A DNA stretch of 64,000 nt from the NCBI GenBank assembly GCA_943787795.1, contig CALSNU010000004.1:288001-352000 (forward strand), read 5' to 3'. Position numbers and translations under genes: made by a program. Numbering within the stretch: the first letter of the stretch is position 1; each line of letters opens with the position of its first letter. The DNA comes from an uncultured bacterium. Lineage in GTDB: Bacteria > Planctomycetota > UBA1135 > GCA-002686595. A model generated the notes under the pieces. The model made no database searches, was not told the origin of the DNA, and worked only from the letters and a program-made list of their open reading frames with translations. Of the stretch, positions 30,001-39,033 are shown in pieces.

Positions 30001-30953
30001 AGGACACCACCCTCGAGATCACCACGGAGAAGGACGGGTCCACGGAGGTCTTGCTCGAAGGGGACGTCGCCATCGAGGAGGTGTTCCTGCTGCTCGGCGT
30101 CCCGATCGAGGTGGACAACATCGACCGGATGCGGCTCAAGCTGGCGCATGAGGGGAGCGGACTCCGAACCCGCGCCACCATCGAAGGCCTGAACGGCGCG
30201 CTCGCCGATCGCCGCCTGAAGGAGGCAACGCTACAGCTGAGCTATGTGGAGCCACGCCTAGTCATCGAGGCCTTCGAGGGCGACTTCGAGGGAGGCCGGC
30301 TCCTGGCGGTGGGCAGCGATGAGGCCGCCGCGGCCCCCCTGCTCGTGATCGACCTGGCCCCGCCATTCCCCTTTCAGCTGGCAGCAGAGATGCGTGACGT
30401 TGACGTCGGCCAGTTCCTGCGGGGACTGTTCGACTCCGACTTCGCCAACCGTGGCCGGATGGACATGACGCTCCGACTCGGGGGCGACTTCGAGCACCTG
30501 ACCGCCATGACCGGTGGAGGTGAGATCGAGCTCCGTGACTCGGCGCTCTGGGCCATCCCGGTCTTCCAGGCCCTCTCCGTGGGGCTCGGCATCGACACCA
30601 CCGTCCTCTTCCGCGAGATGTACGCGCGCTACACCATCGCTGACGGTGTGCTCGAGATGGACCGCTTGCGCGTCAACAGTGACCTGCTCTCCCTCGTCGG
30701 CGCGGGGACCGTCAGCTTCGAGGGGAATGTCACGAGCGACCTCGACGTTCGTTACTCGCTCGTTGATCGACTGGGGCCATTCACGCAGCTGGTCTACTGG
30801 ATCCAGGAGAGCCTCCTGCGCGTCTCCATCCGTGGGACCGTTGAACGGCCGGCGGTCGTGCTCCGGGGACTCGCCTCCAGGTTCTTCACTCCTGCCGAAG
30901 ACCGCGACCGCCTTCCCCTCCCCGGCTTCTCTCGCAGGCCGAGGCGCTTCTGA
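27051..30953 (+). CDS. Large AsmA-like (YhdP/TamB-type) membrane-anchored protein
   Basis: 1300 aa, single N-terminal TM, repetitive amphipathic beta strands, and an AsmA-like C-terminus (GGGEIEL...GAGTVSFEG...RVSIRGTVERP). Confidence 0.7.
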   Translation: MKDTAEDLETRALRRSLRARRPLAVAARAVVSLAGWVCFVGILVALLAENHPALERWVAQVVRDRVAGALTRSVQVDDVDFRWLDRSVAFRGIALGPTGRELQLDELTLRIGWNPERGLHLDRVVLEGGVLELSEALAVDMEKVGEGDQTTLDFLANSPEVVVRDLRVRVVPPQSSTIALGSVDLCMTRLTDELASIYGRLVPALGSTPGGAGVVWLNGTLDANRVARVRGVARSLELGSALQRRALSNGLLPPELLALDPSAKIDLVAHASYEIGRSLLPDVNGTLQLSQGALELPWIEDPSKRTATDIALLVDGRFNPEDPDHPFDPEAWQGRGVLEGRIGGVKAAAGFRLGKDAPLGSSLEVWADVPAAPLGEELMVLIGNEQSLSDVHEMLASQGQADISLGVRLRTDGDPGGELVDNLEKFALVRPTGGAALAYHGVVDPRTRRQGTGFPVPVEGVMGDVTWSVRTEGEFRGQLAFYDVTCFQAGGPLEVQGSLHFTPTPPGELPEKEDRPPAPFHLIVQSNSLPVDSAFRASFDSLRDVDAAQEIVPTWGPDGGALDFKLELWRGPDDLHMITAIDAQLRNVGFTWDALPVPITDTNGQLRIRTHTQGERSSLQLQATARSPIAASPIQIEGRTMSAGTDRGLEWFEVDLGGLNPGHEALRSSLVQNGSEALAALDGSGLAGSVDVKATVTRAIPLADARALGGEGSAVGTGSNEEAYLGGPEAWLEFRPTDSRSGVQLRPSAPGITTRETHGSVRAWTMLPSEPALAGGGAPQPLTWVQGRVQGRWAQDGPHVPVVAFLETGPARAPELRAFGAGLDLADDKLVSALTSIALPDESTGPSFADQQLELQGRADFETRLRLPEEPGAPVEDLEVSVETRLDRLGFGDEKRLSEVSAHFRLEPGTGQWIGEEINGRLAGTPVQLSDFSWAPGEDRSTFRTRISAPNLPIDEEHLRFFLDPGTLRTVLDDLKASGRFALEDTTLEITTEKDGSTEVLLEGDVAIEEVFLLLGVPIEVDNIDRMRLKLAHEGSGLRTRATIEGLNGALADRRLKEATLQLSYVEPRLVIEAFEGDFEGGRLLAVGSDEAAAAPLLVIDLAPPFPFQLAAEMRDVDVGQFLRGLFDSDFANRGRMDMTLRLGGDFEHLTAMTGGGEIELRDSALWAIPVFQALSVGLGIDTTVLFREMYARYTIADGVLEMDRLRVNSDLLSLVGAGTVSFEGNVTSDLDVRYSLVDRLGPFTQLVYWIQESLLRVSIRGTVERPAVVLRGLASRFFTPAEDRDRLPLPGFSRRPRRF

Positions 30954-31390
30954 TGGCCCCACATGACCCGAAGCGCGTGGCCCTGGGCGTGGACCACGGC
31001 ACACGCCGGACCGGCTTCGCCGCGGCCGACGCCTCTCGGATCCTGATCTCCCCGCTCGACCCGGTGCAGGGCGGCGATGCAGAGGCGCTCGACGCCATCG
31101 CAGCCCTCTGCGAGGAGCGCGATGTGGGAGTCCTTGTGGTGGGGTATCCGCTCCACATGGACGGCGCCACTGGACCACGGGTCGCGGAGGTCGACGCCTT
31201 CATCACCCTCGCCGAGCAGCGCTTCCCCGAGCTGGGAGTGGTCCGGCAGGACGAGCGCCTCACCACCCGTGAAGCCGAGGAGCGGCTTCGGGAGGCCGGC
31301 TATCACGGCGCTCAGCGAAAGGCCCGCAAGGACTCCTGGAGCGCGATGATCCTCCTGGAGGACTGGATCAGCGCCGGCGAGCCTCGATAG
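30953..31390 (+). CDS. ruvX: Holliday junction resolvase RuvX / YqgF
   Basis: LGVDHGTRRTGFA, VVGYPLHMDG, DERLTT and DSWSAMILLE. Confidence 0.92.
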   Translation: MAPHDPKRVALGVDHGTRRTGFAAADASRILISPLDPVQGGDAEALDAIAALCEERDVGVLVVGYPLHMDGATGPRVAEVDAFITLAEQRFPELGVVRQDERLTTREAEERLREAGYHGAQRKARKDSWSAMILLEDWISAGEPR

Positions 31391-31391
31391 C

Positions 31392-31497
31392 CCGCGCCGA
31401 GCCCCTGTGGCCGCACCGAGCTTCTGTGGCCGCACCGAGCCCCTTTGGCCGCACCAAGCCCCTGTGGCCCCGCCGAGCCTCTGTGGCCTCACCAAGC
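31392..31497. repeat. About 5.5 x 19-bp tandem repeat (consensus CCGCACCGAGCCCCTGTGG)
   Basis: Contiguous imperfect units starting just after the ruvX stop. Confidence 0.85.
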
Positions 31498-31608
31498 GTC
31501 GGTCGCCCCACCCCCGGCGGAAGCCCGGTCAGCGACGGCTCCCCGGCGGCTGCTCCCCGGACACCCGCCGGCCTCAGCTGCGGGCCCGACCCCGGCGCCC
31601 CGACCCCG

Positions 31609-31648
31609 GCGCGCAGGGTCTCGCGCGCAGGGTCTCGCGCGCAGGGTC
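31609..31648. repeat. About 3 x 14-bp tandem repeat GCGCGCAGGGTCTC
   Basis: Read directly; lies just downstream of the hydrolase stop codon. Confidence 0.8.
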
Positions 31649-31654
31649 CAGCGC

Positions 31655-32548
31655 TCAGGACCCTGTGTTCGAGTCGAGGAAGCGCACGATCCGCTCGCGG
31701 ATCTCTGCGCTCTTCGAGTCATGCAACGGATGGTGCCGCTGTCCCTCCACCACCAGGACCTCCACGGTGCCTCCCTCCTGCGCGCGACTCCAGTCGGGGC
31801 TGCTGATCGGGTCGTCGCTGCCGTGCACGATGAGCACAGGGATGTCGAGCTCAGCGACGCGCGCGAGGTGCTCCCCGGAGCTCCGCGCGGCCTCGTCGAT
31901 GGCGCGCTGGGTGATGACCTCGTGCGTGAGCTCGGAGGCGGACCATGCTGTCGCTTGCGCGGCGGCGGAGGTCAGGTCATCGGGCCCGTACCCCGTCGAG
32001 CCTTCGGACTGCGGCGTCACCTTCTTGAAGAACTTCGAGAGCCCCCTGGGCGGCTCTGGCGCGATGAAGCGCGGCGTGTGAAGCGGAGCGATGAGCACCA
32101 GCGCGCTGACCACCCCCGGCGTCTCGAGCGCGTACATCGCCGCGTAGTTGGCCCCTAACCCGACGCCGACGAGGACCTTGGGGACCTCTGGCATCCGATA
32201 GGCCAGGTGATCCTGGATCTCCTGGATGTCGCGCGCCACCTCGCGCAGTCCGTTGGAGTGCCCGCGGGGCCCCTCCGTTCGGCCATGCCCCCGGAGGTCC
32301 GGTAGCGCAACCGCCCAGCCTCGCTCGGCGAGATCCGAGGCGAGGGTCCGGTAGCGCTCGCCCGTATCCCCCGCGTCGTGAATGACCGTCACCGCGCCGG
32401 TCGGCTCGCCGCGGGCGGCGAGCTCAAGGACCGTCAGCAGGACCATTCCCTTCATGGAATCATGGGAGAGCCCCGAGGCCACCTCTCCCGTCTCGGTGGA
32501 GTCCCGCAGCTCGAGGTTCGTCAGGAAGAAATCGTCTTCGATCGCCAT
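31655..32548 (-). CDS. Alpha/beta hydrolase-fold protein (lysophospholipase-like) lacking the nucleophilic Ser
   Basis: DLRGHGRTEGPRGH, PVLIVHGSDD and C-terminal His are present; the nucleophile elbow reads GVGLG instead of GxSxG. Confidence 0.8.
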   Translation of the reverse strand: MAIEDDFFLTNLELRDSTETGEVASGLSHDSMKGMVLLTVLELAARGEPTGAVTVIHDAGDTGERYRTLASDLAERGWAVALPDLRGHGRTEGPRGHSNGLREVARDIQEIQDHLAYRMPEVPKVLVGVGLGANYAAMYALETPGVVSALVLIAPLHTPRFIAPEPPRGLSKFFKKVTPQSEGSTGYGPDDLTSAAAQATAWSASELTHEVITQRAIDEAARSSGEHLARVAELDIPVLIVHGSDDPISSPDWSRAQEGGTVEVLVVEGQRHHPLHDSKSAEIRERIVRFLDSNTGS

Positions 32549-32597
32549 GGATTCAGCTCGTTGGTCGTTCCGGTCACCCGCAGTCTTGCGCGCGCGA

Positions 32598-32603
32598 TAT
32601 CAT
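32598..32603 (+). promoter_or_regulatory. Candidate -10 element for rnpB
   Basis: TATCAT located 7 nt before the 5' strand of the P1 helix. Confidence 0.35.
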
Positions 32604-32610
32604 GCCCGAC

Positions 32611-33010
<400 letters not shown>

Positions 33011-33655
33011 ACCTATCACTTTCCGACGACGAGATGAGCGAGCGTGAGGCGAACGCTCTCTCTACCACCGGTGGTGTGGGTCCAGCGTGCAGGCGGATTC
33101 GCGTAACGCATGCGAAGGTCGATGCTTAGTCGACGGGAACCACGACATCTTGCGTGGGCAGGTGATTTCCACGCTCGATCTCGTGCTGCGCACCTTGACG
33201 GATTCCGGGGGCGCCTCCATTCTCGCACTTGTCGGCCCGGAATGAGCCGGTCGCGATTCTGGGGGCAGGTCCTGCTCGACCCACCACCCCCACTGCGCGC
33301 CCGCCGAGCTTCCAACCCGCGTGACGATGGAGGGCTCGCCCCTGCTCTGCCTCGCGGTTGCCACGAGCCGACGCACCGCTCTCGAACCCGCTCCCCTCAC
33401 CTGCCGTCCCTGCGCACATCAGGGGCGCCCGGCGTCTAGGCCCCCTGGGGCCTTGGTCCTCCGGACAACGTCCCGCACTGCCCCCGCACCCAGGCCGGCG
33501 ACGACCAGCAAGGACGTCGCGGACCTTCCGCAATGGCTCGGCTCCGCCGATCAGATGCCCCGGGTCCTCGCGAGGTCAGACCACTTGTCTCAACCGCTGA
33601 CCCGTGTGACCGACCGCGGCACGTCGATCCACCGTCCGGCGGCCCCCTCCCCACC

Positions 33656-34393
33656 ATGGAATTCGTCTTCGTCGTTCCCCGCACCGCGATCTTCCCTGAG
33701 TTCGCACCCCACGGTCTCTCCGCCTTCGGCGAGGAGTTCTCGCACGAGCGCTTTCAGCGCTGCGTCGAGGAGGAAGGCTTCTTCGTGGAGCGGGAATACG
33801 CCGAGAAGACCCCGACGCTGAAGCAAGTCATCCCGTACACCCTGGTGACCCGCGGCGAGGAGATCCTCCTCCTGCAGCGCACGAAGGGCGGCGGAGAGGC
33901 TCGCCTCCACAACAAGTTCACCATCGGCGTCGGCGGTCACGTCAACCCGGTGGACGCGGTCTCCGCGGAGGAGGGAAGCGCCCAGGCGCGACTCCTCGAC
34001 CCGCTCCCCGCGGCCACGCGCCGGGAGGTCATGGAGGAAGAGTTGATCGTTGAAGGCGAGACCCGCCTGACCTCGATCGGTCTCCTCAACGACGACAGCA
34101 ACGCCGTCGGGGCGGTCCACGTCGGACTGGTCCAGACCCTCGAGCTCCTCGGGGGCGACGCGCGCATCCGCGAGGTGGATCAACTCCGCGGCGAATTCGT
34201 CCCCTGGCGACAGCTGCCGCAGCAGCTCGCCGAGGGCGCCAACTTCGAGACGTGGTCCAGCCTGCTGGTCCCCCACCTCGAACAACTCCTCCATCCAAGT
34301 TCATCGGTCGCGGACGAGGTCCGCGAAGCGCCGGAGGGCAACGTGCCCACCGCCACATCCCGCGAGGAAGCGGCGTCCACCGCACAGCCCTGA
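33656..34393 (+). CDS. NUDIX-fold phosphoesterase (YmaB-like)
   Basis: KQVIPY, GEARLHNKFTIGVGGHVN, RREVMEE and NDDSNAVGAVHVG; start taken at ATG 33656. Confidence 0.8.
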   Translation: MEFVFVVPRTAIFPEFAPHGLSAFGEEFSHERFQRCVEEEGFFVEREYAEKTPTLKQVIPYTLVTRGEEILLLQRTKGGGEARLHNKFTIGVGGHVNPVDAVSAEEGSAQARLLDPLPAATRREVMEEELIVEGETRLTSIGLLNDDSNAVGAVHVGLVQTLELLGGDARIREVDQLRGEFVPWRQLPQQLAEGANFETWSSLLVPHLEQLLHPSSSVADEVREAPEGNVPTATSREEAASTAQP

Positions 34394-34451
34394 GCTCGCT
34401 CAGGGTCGGACGTCCACCACTCGTATTCACCGCACCCAACCCACAACCACC

Positions 34452-34700
34452 ATGGCATTCACCGCACCCGCACCCGCCTCGGTCCGCAAGGCCCGTCAGA
34501 TGACCCAGGAGAAGATCTACGACGCTCTCCAGGGCGCCCGCACGGCGGACAAGGTCACCGTCTACTTCAAGAACGGGCGCGCAGCGACCGGCGCCCTGAT
34601 CTTCAACCCCTTCAAGGGCAGCGGCCGCGTCATCGACGTGGACAAGGAGTCCTCCATCGACTTCGCCATCGAGGACGTCCGCGAACTCAAGCTCAGCTGA
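34452..34700 (+). CDS. Small protein with possible Sm/Hfq-like fold
   Basis: 82 aa with strong host codon bias; helix followed by KVTVYFKNGRAATG (Sm1-like) and short beta strands; has its own terminator. Confidence 0.6.
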   Translation: MAFTAPAPASVRKARQMTQEKIYDALQGARTADKVTVYFKNGRAATGALIFNPFKGSGRVIDVDKESSIDFAIEDVRELKLS

Positions 34701-34723
34701 GCGCGACCCAACGACACCCTCCT

Positions 34724-34757
34724 GACCCCGTTCGGCCCCGGCCGGACGGGGTCTTTT
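34724..34757 (+). terminator. Rho-independent terminator
   Basis: GACCCCGTTCGGCC-CC-GGCCGGACGGGGTC stem followed by TTTT. Confidence 0.85.
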
Positions 34758-34805
34758 CGTCCACGCGGACTCACTCGCGCCCTCCTCCTCCCGTAGGTTC
34801 ACGCC

Positions 34806-37436
34806 ATGATCGCAGCAAGCGCCTGGCTCGCCGCTCTCGCGGCCTTCGCCCTCCCCACCTCCGAGGACCCCCTCTTACCGCCCGCAGTCGAGGTCGGCGG
34901 CCCCGACGGGAGCTGGACCTGGCTGTCCGTGCCCCGGGACGGCGACGTGCACGTGCTCGCCCTGACCGCGATCTCACCGCTCATGCCGCGCGCCGAGGTG
35001 AGGCGCGGCGCGACCACGCCGGTGACGCCCGGACCCGCCCTCAGCGCCCAGGTGGAGGTCGCCCTGCGCGCCGGGAACCGTCCCCTGGACTGTGCGCCGC
35101 GTCTGACGGCTGTCGTCCACGGGGTCGACGAGGAGCTGCTCCTCGTGGCGGGGGCGCCGAGGGTGTTCCGCGACGCCCGCCCCCCCGCCGCCGCGGCCTC
35201 CAGCGCCGGCGCAGACCTGGCCCACCTCCTCCGACGGGACGACGAGGTCGTCGCGGGCGGGACCGTCTCGCTCGAGCCGCCGGCGTCCCCCCACTCCCAC
35301 GTCCTCCTGTTCGGCCTCCACCCGGGCGTCGTGCGGGCCGCCCCCTGGCCGATCGAGGTCGACGGCGAGCCGCACCTCCTGCACCCTGGCGCCACCCGCC
35401 CCCTCGTGCTCCCGGCCACCGGCGCCCCCATGGAGGTGAAGCTCGGCGACGCGCTCCTGGACGCCGTGCAGTTCGCGACCCTCGTCCAAGGCGACCTGGC
35501 GGAGTTCGAGGCGTTCCTCCACCAGGTCTCCCAGGCGGACGTACACGTCACCCGCGAGGACGGGTCGAGGTCCTTCAGATGGACCGACGCCGCGGGGCTC
35601 TCCGAGGACCGCCGCGTCGTGCCGGCGGGGCACCGGCGCGCCTACCGCTTCGCCATGGAGCCGCCGGGGCGCCTGCTCGAGGAGGGCGAGACCCTGGGCT
35701 TCGTGCTCCGGCCGGGCGTGCGGGGACGAGCCGCTGATCCCGCCCCCGTCGCGACGGCCCGGTCCCGCGACCACGCCCCGCGAGCCCTGGTCCGCCGTCC
35801 AACGGTCGACCTCACGCGGTTCACCGCGGCCGACTCCCCCGAGTCCCTCGTCGAGGTGACTCGCGGCGCCGGACTCGCCGCGTACACCCACGCCGAGGGG
35901 CCGCGCGAGCAGCTGGACATTCGCCCGACCATGGGCCCTGGCGCCGCCTGGGGCGACGTGAACGAGGACGGGGCCCTGGACCTCGTGCTCCTCCAGGGCG
36001 CGGGCCGCGAGGGCTGCGAACCTCTCTCGGACCGGCTCTTCCTCGGGCGCGGCGACGGGACCTTCGAGGACGGCACCGCGCGCGCGGGCCTCGGCCGCGG
36101 GGACGCGGGCATGGGCGCCCTGCTGGTGGACCTGAACGGGGACGGGCACCTGGACCTCTACTGCGCCAACTATGGTCGGGACCGCCTGTTCCTCGGCGCG
36201 GGGGATGCGACCTTCATTGAGGCGGAGGGCGTGCTCCCCGCGCTCTCCCTGTGGAGCGCCAGCGTCATCGCCGGCGACCCCGACGGGGACGGCGACCTGG
36301 ACCTCTACGTCACGAGCTACCTGGACTACGACCTGGAGAAGATGCCCCCCGCCGATGAGCTGGGTCTCTACCAGCGCGAGGACCCGGTCGAGATGCTGCC
36401 CTTCGCCTTCCCCGGCCAGCGGAACGTCTTCCTCCGCAGCCGGCTGGCGGACACTGGAGCCCTCGGGTTCGAGGACGCCACCGAAGAGCTCGGCCTCGCG
36501 GACGTCCAGGGCCGCGGGATGCAGGCGGTGTTCTGGGACTTCGACCTCGACGGAGACGAGGACCTGTACATCGCGAACGACGTCTCCTTCAACGTGCTCT
36601 TCCGCAACGAAGGGGACGGCACCTTCAAGGACGTCTCGTTCTCGACAGGCCTCGACGACCCGCGGGGCGGGATGGGCCTCGCCATCGGCGACGTGGACAA
36701 CGACGGGGATTCCGACGTCTTCCTGACCAACTGGCAGCTGGAGACCAACGCCCTCTACACGAACTCCGCCATCTCCAGCCTCACCCGAAAGCGGCGCCGC
36801 TCGACATTCCACGACACGACGGTGAAGAGCGGCTTCGGCCCCTCCGGCATCGGCAAGACCTCCTGGGGTGCGGAGTTCTTCGACCTCGAACTCGACGGCG
36901 ATCTCGACCTGTATGTGGCCAACGGTTACACGAGCCCTGACTACGAGAGCACCGGGACCTGCGTGGGCCAGACCGACCAGCTCTTCGTGGGTGACGGCAC
37001 GGGCAAGCTCAGGGAGGCCTGCACCCTCGGGCGCCGCGCCTTCAGCATCTCCCGAGCCTCACGGGGCGCGGTGGGCGCGGACCATGACCGCGACGGCGAC
37101 ATCGACCTGCTGGTGACCGCCAACAACGGCGGCGTCACGCTGCTCCGGAACGACGCGGAGCGCGCCGGACGCTGGCTCGGAGTCCGCCTCCGCCAGCCCG
37201 GCCTCAACCCCCACGCCATCGGCGCCCGGGTGGCCGTGGCCGCCAGCGACGGCTCACGGCGCCAGCAGGCCCTGCGCGCCGGTACCGGCTACCTGACCGG
37301 CAACGCCCCCGAGCTCCACTTCGGGCTAGGGCCCGTGGAAGAGTTCGTGGAGATCCAGGTCACCTGGCCCGACGGCGAGGTGTCGCGGCACATGTACGGC
37401 GCGGACGCGTGGGTGGTCATCGAGCGGGAGGGCTGA
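34806..37436 (+). CDS. CRTAC1-family protein (FG-GAP/VCBS repeats + ASPIC/UnbV domain)
   Basis: Signal peptide; repeated DxDxDGDxDL motifs; C-terminal NPHAIGARV...GTGYL...LHFGLG...VTWPDG. Confidence 0.9.
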   Translation: MIAASAWLAALAAFALPTSEDPLLPPAVEVGGPDGSWTWLSVPRDGDVHVLALTAISPLMPRAEVRRGATTPVTPGPALSAQVEVALRAGNRPLDCAPRLTAVVHGVDEELLLVAGAPRVFRDARPPAAAASSAGADLAHLLRRDDEVVAGGTVSLEPPASPHSHVLLFGLHPGVVRAAPWPIEVDGEPHLLHPGATRPLVLPATGAPMEVKLGDALLDAVQFATLVQGDLAEFEAFLHQVSQADVHVTREDGSRSFRWTDAAGLSEDRRVVPAGHRRAYRFAMEPPGRLLEEGETLGFVLRPGVRGRAADPAPVATARSRDHAPRALVRRPTVDLTRFTAADSPESLVEVTRGAGLAAYTHAEGPREQLDIRPTMGPGAAWGDVNEDGALDLVLLQGAGREGCEPLSDRLFLGRGDGTFEDGTARAGLGRGDAGMGALLVDLNGDGHLDLYCANYGRDRLFLGAGDATFIEAEGVLPALSLWSASVIAGDPDGDGDLDLYVTSYLDYDLEKMPPADELGLYQREDPVEMLPFAFPGQRNVFLRSRLADTGALGFEDATEELGLADVQGRGMQAVFWDFDLDGDEDLYIANDVSFNVLFRNEGDGTFKDVSFSTGLDDPRGGMGLAIGDVDNDGDSDVFLTNWQLETNALYTNSAISSLTRKRRRSTFHDTTVKSGFGPSGIGKTSWGAEFFDLELDGDLDLYVANGYTSPDYESTGTCVGQTDQLFVGDGTGKLREACTLGRRAFSISRASRGAVGADHDRDGDIDLLVTANNGGVTLLRNDAERAGRWLGVRLRQPGLNPHAIGARVAVAASDGSRRQQALRAGTGYLTGNAPELHFGLGPVEEFVEIQVTWPDGEVSRHMYGADAWVVIEREG

Positions 37437-37461
37437 CCCCTCCCCCCCCGCCCTCCACCGA

Positions 37462-37947
37462 TCAGAGCGCGGCTTCGATCGCCGCGGTCAGCTCGGGCGC
37501 GGCGGGGTCCGTCGTGGGCTCGAAGCGGGCGAGCACCTCGCCGTTCTTGCCGATGAGGAACTTGCCGAAGTTCCACTGGACGTCGCCGGGCCCCTCGGGG
37601 CTTGTGGGCTGCTGGGTGAGCCAGGCATACAGGTCGTGGCGGTCAGGACCGTTCACGTCGATCTTCCCGAAGAGCGGGAAGGTCACCCCGTAGGTCGTGC
37701 TACAGAAGGTCTTGATCTCCTCGGCGGACCCGGGCTCCTGCCCCTTGAACTGGTTACAGGGGAAGCCGAGCACAACGAGGCCACGGTCCCGGTACTGCTC
37801 GGCGAGCTTCTCGAGCCCTGCGTACTGCGGGGTCAAGCCGCAGCGCGAGGCCACGTTCACCACGAGGAGGACCTTGCCGCTGAAGGAGTCGAAGGAGCAG
37901 TCGGCGCCGTCGATGGTCGGCACGCTGAAGTCGTGGAAGGTGGTCAT
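37462..37947 (-). CDS. Glutathione peroxidase family protein (Cys type)
   Basis: VNVASRCGLTPQY, LGFPCNQF..QEPG and WNFGKFLI; start at ATG 37947. Confidence 0.93.
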   Translation of the reverse strand: MTTFHDFSVPTIDGADCSFDSFSGKVLLVVNVASRCGLTPQYAGLEKLAEQYRDRGLVVLGFPCNQFKGQEPGSAEEIKTFCSTTYGVTFPLFGKIDVNGPDRHDLYAWLTQQPTSPEGPGDVQWNFGKFLIGKNGEVLARFEPTTDPAAPELTAAIEAAL

Positions 37948-38067
37948 AGGATCGAACTCAACGTGCGGGGAGGGGCCGCCGCTGCGGCCGCGAAGGAGCT
38001 TGAAGGCGAGTTTCTGGATGCGTCCCATGCCAACAGACTGACGTCCGTCCGTCGGGCACACCAGGGT

Positions 38068-39033
38068 TCAACGGGAGGCCAACCAAAGATCCCGGAAGCG
38101 CGCCGCGAAGCGCAGGGGGAAGTCGTCGGCCTGATCCGCGCAGTGCGGGGAGACGAGGATTCGCGGGTGACGCCACAGGGGATTCAACTCCGGCAGGGGC
38201 TCCTCCTCGAACACATCCAGCCAGGCCCCCGCGACGTTCTGGTCCAGCGCCCTCAGCAGCCCCCCCTCCGAGAGGATCGCACCCCTCGCGGCATTCAGCA
38301 CGAGCGCCCCCTCGGGGAGCCACGCGAGCTCCTTGGCGCCGATCCATCCCCGCGTCTCGGGGGTCAGCGGTAGGTGAATCGAGAGGACGTCCGCGCGGGG
38401 CAGGAGTCCGGCGAGCGCCCTCGGCTCGTACATCTCATCCGCCTCCTCGTGGGCGGCTCCCGAGCGGTTCACCCCGAGCACCCCCATCCCCATCGCCCGC
38501 GCCCGCCGCGCGACCTCTGCGCCTGTCCTGCCGAACCCGAGCACCAGCATGGTCCGACCCGCGAGCGGCCGGAACCGCGTCGGGGACCAGCGAGCCTCGC
38601 GCTGCTCACGGAGGTGCTCGTTCAGCCCCGTCCCCAGGGTGAACAGGCCCGCCATGACCCGCTCGGCGAGGAAAGGCGCGAGCACCCCCTTTGAGTCTGT
38701 GACCGTGACCTGCGCGGGATCCCAAGCCGGCAGGTGGTCCCGTCCGGAGCCGCCCACGTGAAACCAACGGACGCTCTTCCAGCGCAGAGCCTCGCCATGG
38801 CTCGGTCCCGAGAAGCTCGCCGTCTTGATGGAGAAGACGACCTGGGGGTCATGCTCCACGAGGCACCGGGCCACCTCGCCCGGCTCACCTGCTGCCGCCC
38901 ACTCGAGGCCAGGGCAGTCGCTCAGCGCCTCCAGCACCTCCCCCGGCTCGGAGTGAAGGAGGAGCGCTCGGAGAGGGCCCTCCCCCTTGGTCGAAGGGGC
39001 GGAGTCGCTGACCGGACCGTGGGCCGCGTTCAT
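38068..39033 (-). CDS. D-2-hydroxyacid dehydrogenase family protein
   Basis: LGFGRTG Rossmann motif, HLPLTPET, LNAARG, AWLDVFEEEPL and VSPH. Confidence 0.9.
   Translation of the reverse strand: MNAAHGPVSDSAPSTKGEGPLRALLLHSEPGEVLEALSDCPGLEWAAAGEPGEVARCLVEHDPQVVFSIKTASFSGPSHGEALRWKSVRWFHVGGSGRDHLPAWDPAQVTVTDSKGVLAPFLAERVMAGLFTLGTGLNEHLREQREARWSPTRFRPLAGRTMLVLGFGRTGAEVARRARAMGMGVLGVNRSGAAHEEADEMYEPRALAGLLPRADVLSIHLPLTPETRGWIGAKELAWLPEGALVLNAARGAILSEGGLLRALDQNVAGAWLDVFEEEPLPELNPLWRHPRILVSPHCADQADDFPLRFAARFRDLWLASR

Noticed and set aside
37462..37947. Glutathione peroxidase as a second selenoprotein
   Set aside because: The active-site codon is TGC (Cys) in NVASRCG; there is no in-frame TGA.
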